Shown: positions 28,727 to 37,520 of the stretch, piece after piece
Position numbering within the stretch: the stretch's first letter is position 1
How the letters are laid out: each line of letters begins with the position of its first letter
Origin: Polyangiales bacterium
Lineage (GTDB): Bacteria; Myxococcota_A; Polyangia; Polyangiales; Houyiibacteriaceae
Assembly: GCA_035466435.1 (NCBI GenBank)
Contig: DATIUW010000324.1
Span: 1,208 to 65,207 of the forward strand
Length of the DNA stretch: 64,000 nucleotides
Direction of reading: 5' to 3'
Program-made: the position numbers and the translations under genes
Notes under the pieces: generated by a model
The model's input: only the letters and a program-made list of their open reading frames with translations
Databases searched by the model: none
What the model was told of the DNA's origin: nothing

Positions 28727-29028
28727 CGGACCCTCCCAGCCGCCGTGGTATTGCGTTCCTCGCTCATGGTGATGATGCGAGTCGGTTTCGGTACTTCCAT
28801 CCCGAGCGATCCGCGTGCGATCGTCTCGATGCGACCGCTCTGTCGCAACGTCGCTGCCTCGATGGAAAGCAGCCGTCGGTCCTGGAGCAAATCGCTCTGC
28901 CGCTGACGTTCTTCGCTCACCTCATAGCCGAGGCGCACCGTCTCGAAGCGGATGGCCAGGTGCACGACGAAGGCCGCAGCGGTCGCAAACACGGCAACGC
29001 ACCAAAGAGGCAAGAAACGGTTCTTCAT
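28723..29028 (-). CDS. ftsL: Cell division protein FtsL
   Basis: A 101-aa bitopic protein (TM 'LWCVAVFATAAAFVV' plus a coiled coil) lying between rsmH and ftsI. Its ATG overlaps the rsmH TGA. Confidence 0.85.
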   Translation of the reverse strand: MKNRFLPLWCVAVFATAAAFVVHLAIRFETVRLGYEVSEERQRQSDLLQDRRLLSIEAATLRQSGRIETIARGSLGMEVPKPTRIITMSEERNTTAAGRVR

Positions 29029-29915
29029 GCGACAGCCTCCGCTCTACGAGCCGCGCGGAGCTTCGCGCTACGTGACCTCGGATTTCGTTCCCGCTCCTCA
29101 TCGGAGGCGATGATGGGACGCTTGGTCAACGGGACCAGCTCGATCGAATCCCGGAATGCATGCTTGACGATTCGATCCTCGAGTGAGTGAAAGCTGATCA
29201 CTGCGACCACACCGCCCATCTTCAAGATGCTGGGAAGCTGCCGGAGGAGTGCTTCGAGGTCACCGAGCTCTTCGTTCAACGCGATGCGCAGCGCCTGAAA
29301 CGTCTTGGTGGCGGGGTCGATGCGTCCGCGGCGAGGTCCGGTCGCGCGGTGGATCGCTCGCCGCAAGTCGGTGGTGGATTCGAGCTCGCCCTCTTCGTAG
29401 GCGCGTCGCACCGATCGTGCGATGCGCCGCGAGCGGTGCTCCTCCCCGTATCGATAGATCAGATCGGCCAGCTCTTGCTCACTGCTTCTGGCGATGAGCT
29501 CCAATGCCGTCTCCCCCTCGCTGGGATCCATACGCATGTCGATGGGGCCGGCTTTTGCCAAGGAAAAACCACGATCCTCACGGTCGAGCTGAGCGGAGCT
29601 GACCCCGAGATCGGCGAGGATCCCATCGACCTGCTCGATACCGAGTGAGCTCAATACGGCTCCGAGATCCCGAAGCCGCGCTTTGCGGAGCATCACGCGG
29701 TCGCCGAACTCTTCGAGCACTTCCGCGGCAGCCTCGAGCGCGTTTGGATCTCGATCGGTCGCAACCAGGCGGCCGTCGGGCGCGCTCCGTTCGAGAATCG
29801 CGCGCGCGTGTCCTGCTCCCCCGACGGTCACGTCCGCGTAAACTCGGCCCGGAGCGGGACGAAGCTGCTCCAGCACTTCTTCCACCAACACGGGGGTATG
29901 CTCGAACGCGCTCAT
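29025..29915 (-). CDS. rsmH: 16S rRNA (cytosine1402-N4)-methyltransferase
   Basis: ATG at 29915 ('MSAFEHTPVLVEEV') overlaps the mraZ TGA. 'DVTVGGAGHA', 'DLGVSS' and 'ISFHSLEDR' are present. Confidence 0.95.
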   Translation of the reverse strand: MSAFEHTPVLVEEVLEQLRPAPGRVYADVTVGGAGHARAILERSAPDGRLVATDRDPNALEAAAEVLEEFGDRVMLRKARLRDLGAVLSSLGIEQVDGILADLGVSSAQLDREDRGFSLAKAGPIDMRMDPSEGETALELIARSSEQELADLIYRYGEEHRSRRIARSVRRAYEEGELESTTDLRRAIHRATGPRRGRIDPATKTFQALRIALNEELGDLEALLRQLPSILKMGGVVAVISFHSLEDRIVKHAFRDSIELVPLTKRPIIASDEERERNPRSRSAKLRAARRAEAVA

Positions 29916-30364
29916 AGTCCCAGCTCCGCGAGACGTTTCGCGATCCCCAAGCGTCGGTCTTCGTCCGCGAGGACCTCGTTGCGCAAGTCCTCGAAGCTCT
30001 CCTTGGCCCAGAGCTCGATGTAGCTCCCCATCCCGGCCCACAACGCGTCGCGGCTGAGGCGCGCGTGCTTGCGGAGCGCTGCCGGAACGAGAATGCGGCC
30101 GACTTTGTCCACCTCGCACTCCACCGCCCCAGATACGTAGATCCGCTTCAGGATGACCACGTCCGCATCGAACTGCGGGAGCTCCGACAATCGCTTCTCG
30201 AAGGTCAGCCACTCCGCCATGGGATAGGCGACCAAACAGGTGTCGAGCCCGGTGGTCACCACCAGCTTCGAGTCGCCGCGAGCGATCATCACCTCACGGA
30301 ACCGAGAGGGTACGGATGTACGTCCCTTGGCATCGATGCTGTGCTCGTAGCGTCCTCGGAACAA
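29912..30364 (-). CDS. mraZ: Transcriptional regulator MraZ
   Basis: Starts 'MFRGRYEHSIDAKGR' and has two SpoVT/AbrB-like halves. The start codon is TTG (30362-30364), preceded by 'GAGAGGGCGGA'. Confidence 0.93.
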   Translation of the reverse strand: MFRGRYEHSIDAKGRTSVPSRFREVMIARGDSKLVVTTGLDTCLVAYPMAEWLTFEKRLSELPQFDADVVILKRIYVSGAVECEVDKVGRILVPAALRKHARLSRDALWAGMGSYIELWAKESFEDLRNEVLADEDRRLGIAKRLAELGL

Positions 30365-30395
30365 TCCGCCCTCTCGTCGTATTTAGCCGGTGGTT

Positions 30396-30420
30396 GGCAC
30401 TTGATCCCACAAGTTCCCAC
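30396..30420 (-). promoter_or_regulatory. Putative MraZ operator: three direct pentamer repeats at 10-bp spacing
   Basis: The minus strand reads GTGGGAACTT-GTGGGATCAA-GTGCC. On the plus strand these are 'cccac' at 30416-30420 and 30406-30410, and 'ggcac' at 30396-30400. The site lies between the putative -10 and mraZ. Confidence 0.6.
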
Positions 30421-30429
30421 CAAGGCGGG

Positions 30430-30459
30430 AAACTAAGGCTCTAGCTCCTGAAATGTCAA
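30430..30459 (-). promoter_or_regulatory. Putative sigma70-type promoter of the dcw cluster (Pmra-like)
   Basis: On the minus strand: TTGACA (30459-30454), an 18-nt spacer, then TAGTTT (30435-30430). It sits in a locally low-GC spacer about 65 nt upstream of the mraZ TTG. Confidence 0.5.
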
Positions 30460-30668
30460 CTTCTTTCTTCAGCCCAAGTGACAGAATTAAAAGGGTTTTT
30501 CCCTTGACTCGAGGGTGTATCAAACGTGGGAATCTAGGTGGGAAGGTTAGAGCTTCCACCGATCAACGCGCCGCGAGTCGAGCCCTGTTCCCGTCCTCGG
30601 CTGAGAGCGGCTTTCATGCGGAGATCGTTCGACTTCCGCCGCCTAGGTGGCGACGGTCGCATGCTACT

Positions 30669-31004
30669 CTGGAGTCCTTGGATCCGATCGACGAAGCGTG
30701 GGCGCGGGTCGAGGCCGACTGGGCGAGCGAGGAAGCACATCGCCAATTCGTGGCTGTGTGCATGGCCCTCGACCGCCTGCCCGAAGCTGGCAAGCGATAC
30801 CGCCACGCCCGCGAGACCGATCCGGGCCGGAGCGAAGACGCGGCCAGGCACATCGATACCCTGATCGTCCTGGCCACCCAGCGCCTTCAGGACACGCGGG
30901 TGGCGCCCGCCACTTCCAATCACAAAAGGACGCTGACCTGGGTCGCGTTCACTATGATGCTGTTGTTGATGGGCGCGGGGGCCTGGTTGTTGATGCGGGG
31001 ATGA
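30669..31004 (+). CDS. Hypothetical tail-anchored small protein (~110 aa); start uncertain
   Basis: Third-position GC becomes coding-like only from about 30660 in the frame of track ORF 30453..31004. Candidate starts are CTG 30669 and TTG 30678. The C-terminal TM helix is 'WVAFTMMLLLMGAGAWLL'. The track ATG at 30453 lies inside the dcw -35 box in low-GC sequence. Confidence 0.45.
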   Translation: MESLDPIDEAWARVEADWASEEAHRQFVAVCMALDRLPEAGKRYRHARETDPGRSEDAARHIDTLIVLATQRLQDTRVAPATSNHKRTLTWVAFTMMLLLMGAGAWLLMRG

Positions 31005-31035
31005 TCCGCCCTCGGAAGTGCTAGCGACTCGAGAG

Positions 31036-31710
31036 ATGCGATTAGATCTTGGTGTAAGAGAGCTGACCCTGAAGCTGGTCTACTACGGACCGGCGCTCAG
31101 CGGAAAGACGACCAACCTGCGTGCCCTTCACAGGCTTGCCAGCCCGGAAACCCGCGGCCGGCTCATGACGCTCGGCATGAGGAACGAACGCACGCTGTTC
31201 TTCGACATGCTGCCCATCGGGATCACGGTCGGGAACGGCTTCAGGATTCGTCTGAAGCTCTTCAGCGTGCCAGGCCAACTCGTGCACGAGCCGACTCGGC
31301 GTCTGGTACTCCAGGATGCAGACGGCGTCGCATTCATCGCGAGCTCTCGAAGGAGTGAGGAGAGCACGAACCGGGAGTCGTTCCTTCGCCTCCATCGAAA
31401 CCTACAGCACAACGGCGTCGAGCCGGCGCGTATGCCCATGGTCGTTCAATTCAACAAACGCGACCTCGAAGACATTCACTCGGATGAAGATCTCGCAACG
31501 ATCGGGACCCGGAGCCGCGAGCCGATCTACAAAGCCGTCGCGACGCGCGGACGAGGAGTCATGCAAACACTGCATGGCTTGATCCGAGAAACCTGGAGCA
31601 GGCTCGAAGAGGAACACCATCTCGAGGACCGGCTGGGAATCAGTCCTTCGAGCTCGATGCAGGCATTCGAGTCGACGCTCGGGAATCAAACCAAATGGCG
31701 GTCATCATGA
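31036..31710 (+). CDS. MglA-family Ras-like small GTPase
   Basis: Aligns with MglA throughout: 'LKLVYYGPALSGKTTNL', 'ERTLFFDMLP', 'LFSVPGQ', 'VQFNKRDL', 'YKAVATRG'. The start is ATG 31036 (alternative GTG 31018). Confidence 0.85.
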   Translation: MRLDLGVRELTLKLVYYGPALSGKTTNLRALHRLASPETRGRLMTLGMRNERTLFFDMLPIGITVGNGFRIRLKLFSVPGQLVHEPTRRLVLQDADGVAFIASSRRSEESTNRESFLRLHRNLQHNGVEPARMPMVVQFNKRDLEDIHSDEDLATIGTRSREPIYKAVATRGRGVMQTLHGLIRETWSRLEEEHHLEDRLGISPSSSMQAFESTLGNQTKWRSS

Positions 31711-33110
31711 TGCAGAACGACCCCAGCTCGGCCGATATCCTGATGGGAGACGTCGTCCGCCTCGAGGACGTTCTGAGCCGAGCCTCGGCCGCCTCGGTAT
31801 GCAAATCGTTCTTCGCGCTGTTCGGGCTGCCGGTGCGCATCCTTTCGCAAGACGGCGAGCTCGTGGCCGAATCGCGCCGCGAACGCCCCCTTTGCAAGTA
31901 CCTCAATACGCTCGCGGAAGGACGACGGCGTTGCTCGCAGACCCTCGAAGAGGCGCGCCTCACCCAACCGGAGGGCGGATCGATCGTCCACCCTTGCTTC
32001 TCGGGCGCCGTGTACCGAATCGTGCCTCTGTTGCATCAGCAACGCGCCATCGGGCGCTTCGTCGTGGGGCCTTACGTTCCATTCGAGGCTTCGAGCCCCC
32101 CGGAATCACTCGGCTCGGTCGAGTCGATCGACGCAGGTGCGGCCAGCACGCATTTCAGTGAGATGCCCCGCGCACGAGAGGATGTCGTAGAGCAAATATG
32201 TGCCCACCTCGAGGAGGTTCTAGAGCTACTCGTATTCTCTGGTCATCGCGCGCAGCTCGCGTCGACCATGCAGGTTGCCAGCATGCGCGAAAGCTACCGC
32301 GAGCTCGCGGAAAAGAACGAAGCGCTCAACGAATCGCACGAGGCGCTCAAGCAGGTCGACAAGCTCAAATCGACCTTTCTCGCGACCGTCAGTCACGAGC
32401 TACGGAGCCCGCTCACCTCGATCATCGGTTACACCGAGATGCTGCAAAGTGGAGCAATTGGTACGCTGAGTAGCGAACAGTCGGAGATTCTGAAGACCGT
32501 TCATGGGAAGGCCGGCGAGCTCTTGAGCCTGATCAGCAGCTTGCTCGATTTGGGACAACTCGAGTCGAGGACGCTCGATCTGCAATACGAGGTGGTGGAC
32601 CCGCGCGCTCTGTTGTCCGGAATCGCTTCGACCGTCGTTCCGAGCGCCAATCGACGCAACGTCGGGCTAGACATTCGCGTCGCTGTGGATACGCCAAAGA
32701 TTTGGGGCGACTCAATCCGGCTCCGCCAGATCATCCTCAATCTGACCGACAATGCGATCAAGTTCACCCACGAAGGAGGCCAGGTGGAGCTCGCGGCAGC
32801 CCCCGCACGGCTCGAGCTCGCAGGTCCGGCTGGCTTGGGTTCCGCGCTCTTCACCGCCAATCGTCCGGCGGTGGCGCTCCACGTTCGAGACACCGGCATG
32901 GGCATCGCCGAAGACAAGCTCTCCCGAATCTTCGAGGCATTCTACCAGGTGGATGGCGGCACGACGCGCGTCCACGGCGGTGCGGGTCTCGGTTTGTCGA
33001 TCGTGAAGCAACTCGTCGACGCCCATGGCGGCACGATCGACGTGACGAGCAAGCCCGGGGAAGGCACACTCTTCACGGTGACGCTGCCTGCGGCTAATCA
33101 CGATGCGTGA
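31707..33110 (+). CDS. Cytoplasmic sensor histidine kinase with N-terminal PocR-like sensory domain
   Basis: ATG at 31707 overlaps the GTPase TGA (alternative ATG 31695). Has a PocR-like Cys-containing region, H-box 'SHELRSPLTSIIGYTEML', N box 'LTDNAIKFT', and G boxes 'DTGMGI' and 'GGAGLGLSIV'. No TM helix is present. Confidence 0.85.
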   Translation: MMQNDPSSADILMGDVVRLEDVLSRASAASVCKSFFALFGLPVRILSQDGELVAESRRERPLCKYLNTLAEGRRRCSQTLEEARLTQPEGGSIVHPCFSGAVYRIVPLLHQQRAIGRFVVGPYVPFEASSPPESLGSVESIDAGAASTHFSEMPRAREDVVEQICAHLEEVLELLVFSGHRAQLASTMQVASMRESYRELAEKNEALNESHEALKQVDKLKSTFLATVSHELRSPLTSIIGYTEMLQSGAIGTLSSEQSEILKTVHGKAGELLSLISSLLDLGQLESRTLDLQYEVVDPRALLSGIASTVVPSANRRNVGLDIRVAVDTPKIWGDSIRLRQIILNLTDNAIKFTHEGGQVELAAAPARLELAGPAGLGSALFTANRPAVALHVRDTGMGIAEDKLSRIFEAFYQVDGGTTRVHGGAGLGLSIVKQLVDAHGGTIDVTSKPGEGTLFTVTLPAANHDA

Positions 33111-34053
33111 CGAGTTCGCCAAGATCGACTGGCTCAAGACCCGTTTCGAGCTCGATGGAGACGATGACGAGGTCGTGATCGGGATAGGCGACGACGCAGC
33201 GGTGATGGACTTCGGGAACCGGCCCACCGTCATCACGGTCGACACGCAAGTGGAGAACGTTCACTTTCGGCTGGACTTGATCTCGCACCGCGACGTCGGG
33301 TACCGGGCAATGGTTGCCGCTGTGAGTGACGTGTGGGCCATGGCGGCCATGCCGAACGCCTCGGTGGTCGCGCTGAATCTTCCCAACGCGCTGTCCGACG
33401 ACGATTTCCACGAGCTGATCGAGGGTCTTGCGGACGCCGCACGCGGCACGGGCGCGCGAGTCATCGGTGGCAATCTCAGCCGAGGAGAGGTCTTGTCGAT
33501 CACGACCACCGTTTTCGGCCTCCCCATCGCCCAGCCGATCGGGCGCGACGGCGCAAGAGTCGGCGATGCAATCTACGTCACCGGTACGCTCGGGGCGGCC
33601 GCCCTCGGCCTGCTCGTCCTCGAGTCGGGACGCCTCGACCTCGAGCACGGGTCGACATTCGCTGAACGCTGGCGCAAGCCGCCCATGAACGGCCAAGGTG
33701 CAAAGGCACTCGCCGAGCTCGCCAGCGCCGCGGTCGACGTGTCCGATGGCTGTGTTCAAGACCTCGAACACGTGTGTACCGCTTCTCACGTCGGCGCCAC
33801 GCTGTTCGCGCATGCCCTTCCTCTAGAGCCTGGATACGAGGCGACCTGTAGCTCGCTCGATGTCGATCCGCGGGAGTTGGCGCTCACCGGGGGGGAAGAC
33901 TACGAGCTGCTGTTTACCGCTACGCAGTCTGAGGATGCCGCATCGTTCGCAACGCTCATCGGAGAGATCACCGAAGGCACGGGTGTTCGGGTCGTCGACG
34001 AACGCGGCGAATCGATTGAATTCGAAAGACGGGGTTTTCGTCATTTCTCGTAG
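33103..34053 (+). CDS. thiL: Thiamine-monophosphate kinase
   Basis: AIR-synthase-related fold: 'IGDDAAV', 'TVDTQVENVHF', 'GYRAMVAAVSDVWAMAA', 'GGNLS'. The start overlaps the HK stop by 8 nt. Confidence 0.9.
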   Translation: MRDEFAKIDWLKTRFELDGDDDEVVIGIGDDAAVMDFGNRPTVITVDTQVENVHFRLDLISHRDVGYRAMVAAVSDVWAMAAMPNASVVALNLPNALSDDDFHELIEGLADAARGTGARVIGGNLSRGEVLSITTTVFGLPIAQPIGRDGARVGDAIYVTGTLGAAALGLLVLESGRLDLEHGSTFAERWRKPPMNGQGAKALAELASAAVDVSDGCVQDLEHVCTASHVGATLFAHALPLEPGYEATCSSLDVDPRELALTGGEDYELLFTATQSEDAASFATLIGEITEGTGVRVVDERGESIEFERRGFRHFS

Positions 34054-35216
34054 AGCCAGGCGCTGCGCCGCTCCGAGTCGAACTTGGCGGCACCACGGGA
34101 TTCCTCCGAGAGCACCTCCTCGAGTGGCGCGCCCGAGTCCACGGCGAGTCGAAACTCCGGTCCACCGGTGAGCAGATCGATCGCCGGCCGGTCCGACACG
34201 AACTCGTATGGCTCGGAACGCCAACGAGCCGCCTTGGGCAGCGCTGGAAGCACGGCGCGAAGCATCTTGAGATACGACTCATAGGGTCGGAATACCCAAG
34301 GATCGGTGACGTGGGTTTGTACCCCGCGGCAAGGGCGGCCGGCGTGCTTCTGAAACGTCGGAACGAACTCGACCGGCCGCAGCGCCACGCCATGAAGATC
34401 CAGCGCGAGGAGCCCGGAAATGTCCAGACCAGGAGCACCCCAAAGCTCGAATGGCCTGGTGGTTCCCCGTCCTTCGGACAGCGTAGTGCCCTCGATGAGA
34501 CATCCCCCAGGGTAAACCATCGCAGTGTCGAGCGTCGGCATGTTGGGAGAGGGCATCACCCAAGGAAGCCCCGTATCTCTCCATTCCATCGCTCGGCGCC
34601 AACCGTCCATGGGAACCACCTGCAAGACGTCGTGATCGAGATGCTCGATGTCGCAAACGAAGCGCAAGACCTCCGCTATCGTGAGACCGTGCCGCACCGC
34701 AACCGGATACAAGCCGACGAAGGAAAGATAGCCTTCACGCTGGGGCGCGCCCTCGACTCGTGTGCCTCCGAGAGGATTGGGTCGATCCAAGACTACGACT
34801 TCGACGCCCTGCGCTGCCGCCGCTTTCATGGCGAGGGCTGCCGTCCACACGTAGGTGTAGTAACGCGACCCCACGTCCTGAAGATCGATTACCAGCGCAT
34901 CGAGGCCGCGAAGCCACTCGGGTCGCGGAACCAGATCTTCGGCGTCTTCTCCGTACAACGAATGGACGGCGATCTCGCGCTCTTGGGTCGAGTTGACGCC
35001 CACCATGTCTTGGGCTGCCCCGGCGAAGCCGTGCTCGGGGCCAAAGAGCGCTCGGATGCGCGCACCGGCCTGACCCAGAACGTCCGCGGCCGGGCGCAAC
35101 CGACGGTCGACGCTGGCGGCGTGCGCGAGCAGACCCACGTCGCGCCCTGAAACCAGACGCACTACGTCGGTGTCGCCTTCGGCGATCCGATCGAGGCCTG
35201 TCCGCACGCCCGTCAA
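34041..35216 (-). CDS. DUF1343 family protein (NamZ-like exo-beta-N-acetylmuramidase family)
   Basis: '[11 protein letters not shown]', '[15 protein letters not shown]' and '[11 protein letters not shown]' are present. The start is TTG 35216 (TTGA overlap with pyrB) or GTG 35207. Confidence 0.75.
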   Translation of the reverse strand: MTGVRTGLDRIAEGDTDVVRLVSGRDVGLLAHAASVDRRLRPAADVLGQAGARIRALFGPEHGFAGAAQDMVGVNSTQEREIAVHSLYGEDAEDLVPRPEWLRGLDALVIDLQDVGSRYYTYVWTAALAMKAAAAQGVEVVVLDRPNPLGGTRVEGAPQREGYLSFVGLYPVAVRHGLTIAEVLRFVCDIEHLDHDVLQVVPMDGWRRAMEWRDTGLPWVMPSPNMPTLDTAMVYPGGCLIEGTTLSEGRGTTRPFELWGAPGLDISGLLALDLHGVALRPVEFVPTFQKHAGRPCRGVQTHVTDPWVFRPYESYLKMLRAVLPALPKAARWRSEPYEFVSDRPAIDLLTGGPEFRLAVDSGAPLEEVLSEESRGAAKFDSERRSAWLYEK

Positions 35217-36169
35217 CCGCTCTCACCCACGGCCGGTGGCTCGGCCGCTTCGCCAGCGAAGAGGTACAACAGAGCCATGCGCACGGCGACTCCAGCCTCG
35301 ACCTGCTCGAGCACGACACTACGTTCGCCATCCGCAATGATGCTGTCGATCTCGACCCCTCGGTTCATCGGGCCGGGATGCATGACGATCGCGTCTGGCT
35401 TGGCATACTCGATCGTGCGCGGACCGATCCCGAACGTCCTCGCGTATTCGCGCAGACTCGGCAGCAGCGCACCTTCGAGTCGCTCGCTCTGTATTCGAAG
35501 CACCATCACGACGTCGGCGCCCTCGAGAGCCTGCTCGGGGCGGTCGAACACCCGAACGCCGAGCGAGTCGGCCGCTGCAGGAAGCAGTGTACGAGGGCCG
35601 ACCACCCTCACCTCACAGCCGAAGAGGCGCAAGAGGTGTGCGTTGGAACGTGCCACTCGCGAATGTGCGATGTCACCCACGATGGTGACGACCAGGTTTT
35701 CAATCGTGCCCTTCTCGCGGCGAATCGTGAACGCGTCCAGCAACGCCTGCGTCGGGTGCGCGTGCATACCATCGCCGGCGTTGATCACGCTGCACTGGAT
35801 TTTCGACGCTACGTAGTTGGGCGCTCCCGAAGCGTTGTGCCGAATGACCACCACATCGGGGTGCATGGCTTCGAGAGTCCGACACGTATCCTGCAGCGTC
35901 TCGCCTTTCTTCACGCTCGAGGCCGGCACGTTCATGTTGATGACATCGGCGCTCAGACGCTTGCCTGCGAGCTCGAACGAAGTGCGAGTGCGGGTCGAAG
36001 CTTCGTAGAAGAGATTGATCACCGTCTTTCCGCGGAGCGTCGGAACCTTCCTCACGGGACGCCGCGACACTTCGAGAAAGACCTCGGAGGTATCGAGGAT
36101 GCGTTCGACCTCTGACCTGGTGAGCCCCTGAATGTCGAGAAGGCTCCGCCGAGAAAAGCCGGACGTCAT
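35213..36169 (-). CDS. pyrB: Aspartate carbamoyltransferase catalytic subunit
   Basis: ATG at 36169 overlaps the pyrR TGA. '[13 protein letters not shown]', 'HPTQALLD' and 'HPGPMNRG' are present. Confidence 0.95.
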   Translation of the reverse strand: MTSGFSRRSLLDIQGLTRSEVERILDTSEVFLEVSRRPVRKVPTLRGKTVINLFYEASTRTRTSFELAGKRLSADVINMNVPASSVKKGETLQDTCRTLEAMHPDVVVIRHNASGAPNYVASKIQCSVINAGDGMHAHPTQALLDAFTIRREKGTIENLVVTIVGDIAHSRVARSNAHLLRLFGCEVRVVGPRTLLPAAADSLGVRVFDRPEQALEGADVVMVLRIQSERLEGALLPSLREYARTFGIGPRTIEYAKPDAIVMHPGPMNRGVEIDSIIADGERSVVLEQVEAGVAVRMALLYLFAGEAAEPPAVGESG

Positions 36170-36705
36170 TGTCCCTCCGTGAGCACGACCCGGTCGGGTC
36201 CCGCGGCGTCGATCCAAACGTCGAGGCGGCCTGTCGGTCCGATCTCGATGGTGCGGCCCACGAAGTCGGGCGCAATGGGAAGCTCACGGCCGCCGCGATC
36301 ACACAGCACCGCCAACCACACACGCGCCGGGCGGCCATGATCTTGCAGGCACTCGATTGCGGCCCGCACGGTGCGGCCGGTGTGCAAGACGTCGTCGACG
36401 AGCACGACGTGACGGTCGGACACGTCGAAATGGATTTCGCTGGGCCCGATTTTCGGATTCGGAAGCGCAGTGGCGGCGTCGTCGCGATAGAGCGAGATGT
36501 CGATGGTGCCGACCGGGGGCGGTTTCCCCTCGACCTGGGCAATCTCTTTGGCGATCCGCGCAGACAAGGCGTCTCCTCCGCGCCGAATGCCTACCAGCGT
36601 CAGATCCTCCAGCCCGGAGGTCGCCTCCAGGATCGCCACGGCAATGCGTCGAATGCTTCGTTCGATCGCATCTGCATCGAGGACGACCTTCTGAGTTCGA
36701 GCCAC
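36166..36705 (-). CDS. pyrR: Bifunctional pyrimidine operon regulator/uracil phosphoribosyltransferase PyrR
   Basis: GTG at 36705 gives '[14 protein letters not shown]', which is collinear with Bacillus PyrR 'MNQKAVILDEQAI'. The PRPP motif '[13 protein letters not shown]' is present. The track start at 36768 would overlap the upstream SDR by 23 nt. Confidence 0.88.
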   Translation of the reverse strand: MARTQKVVLDADAIERSIRRIAVAILEATSGLEDLTLVGIRRGGDALSARIAKEIAQVEGKPPPVGTIDISLYRDDAATALPNPKIGPSEIHFDVSDRHVVLVDDVLHTGRTVRAAIECLQDHGRPARVWLAVLCDRGGRELPIAPDFVGRTIEIGPTGRLDVWIDAAGPDRVVLTEGQ

Positions 36706-36745
36706 GTTCGGCTGAGTGTGTTTGAAAAGCCCTGGCCCTTCAAGC

Positions 36746-37519
36746 CTAGGCGAGCGATAGCCCACCATCGATGGTGACCAAGCTGCCGGTCTGCCAGGGC
36801 TGATCGAGCACCGACACGATGACCTGGGCTACTTCCGCGGGTTTGCCGAGGCGCCCGAGCGGGTGCAACGCTCCGAGCTCGGCAAGCTGGGATTGAACAC
36901 GCTCCTCGAGTTGCTCTTCGGAAAGCGACTCTCCGGGACGAAGCCTCGGGATGCGTAGCATGTCGGTGTCGACCCCGCCCGGCAAGACCGCATTGACGCG
37001 TACGTCGAAGGGCGCCAACTCCAAGGCCATGCTCTTGGTCAGGGCATTCAAAGCGGCCTTGGTCGCCGCGTAGACGGCCGTCGACTGAGCCACTCGATCG
37101 GACAAAGTGCTCGACACGTTCACGATGGAGCCCCCCCGATCGCGAAGATGCATCGCGACTGCCTGGGACAGCAACAGGGGCGCAACGAGATTGACCCGAA
37201 GCTGGATCTCGATCGAATCGATTCCGATCGCCCCAATCGGCTCGTACCGCGCGATGGCAGCGCAGTTCACCAAGCCATCGACGCCCTCGAACGCGGAGAT
37301 CGCACGCCGGGCCGTTTCCGGCACGTCGCTCGGATTTCCGAGGTCCGCAACCACGGTTCGGACTCGATCGGGCGCACGAGCCTCGAGCGCCTGCAGCGCA
37401 AGCTCATCCCGGGCGACGGCGATTACCTTGCCACCGCCCTCGAGAATGGCGTCGGCCGTCGCGCGTCCGATGCCGCGGGTCGCGCCGGTGACGATCACCC
37501 TGCCCTCGGAGATCCTCAT
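36746..37519 (-). CDS. Short-chain dehydrogenase/reductase (classical SDR)
   Basis: ATG at 37519 ('MRISEGRVIVTGATRGIGRA'). The catalytic 'S...YAATK' is present. There is a 1-nt gap to the upstream FolB-cupin gene. Confidence 0.88.
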   Translation of the reverse strand: MRISEGRVIVTGATRGIGRATADAILEGGGKVIAVARDELALQALEARAPDRVRTVVADLGNPSDVPETARRAISAFEGVDGLVNCAAIARYEPIGAIGIDSIEIQLRVNLVAPLLLSQAVAMHLRDRGGSIVNVSSTLSDRVAQSTAVYAATKAALNALTKSMALELAPFDVRVNAVLPGGVDTDMLRIPRLRPGESLSEEQLEERVQSQLAELGALHPLGRLGKPAEVAQVIVSVLDQPWQTGSLVTIDGGLSLA

Positions 37520-37520
37520 T

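Noticed and set aside
30453-30668. ATG-initiated N-terminal part of track ORF 30453..31004
   Set aside because: This segment is low-GC and non-coding-like ('MSTSFFSPSDRIKRVF...'), and its ATG lies inside the proposed dcw -35 box. Coding signal begins only around 30660.
36706-36745. Possible PyrR-binding attenuator RNA upstream of pyrR
   Set aside because: Only about 40 nt are available. 'GGGCCAGGGCUUUU' shares just CCAG with the PyrR loop consensus (UCCAGAGAGG). That is too weak and too short for an anti-terminator/terminator arrangement.
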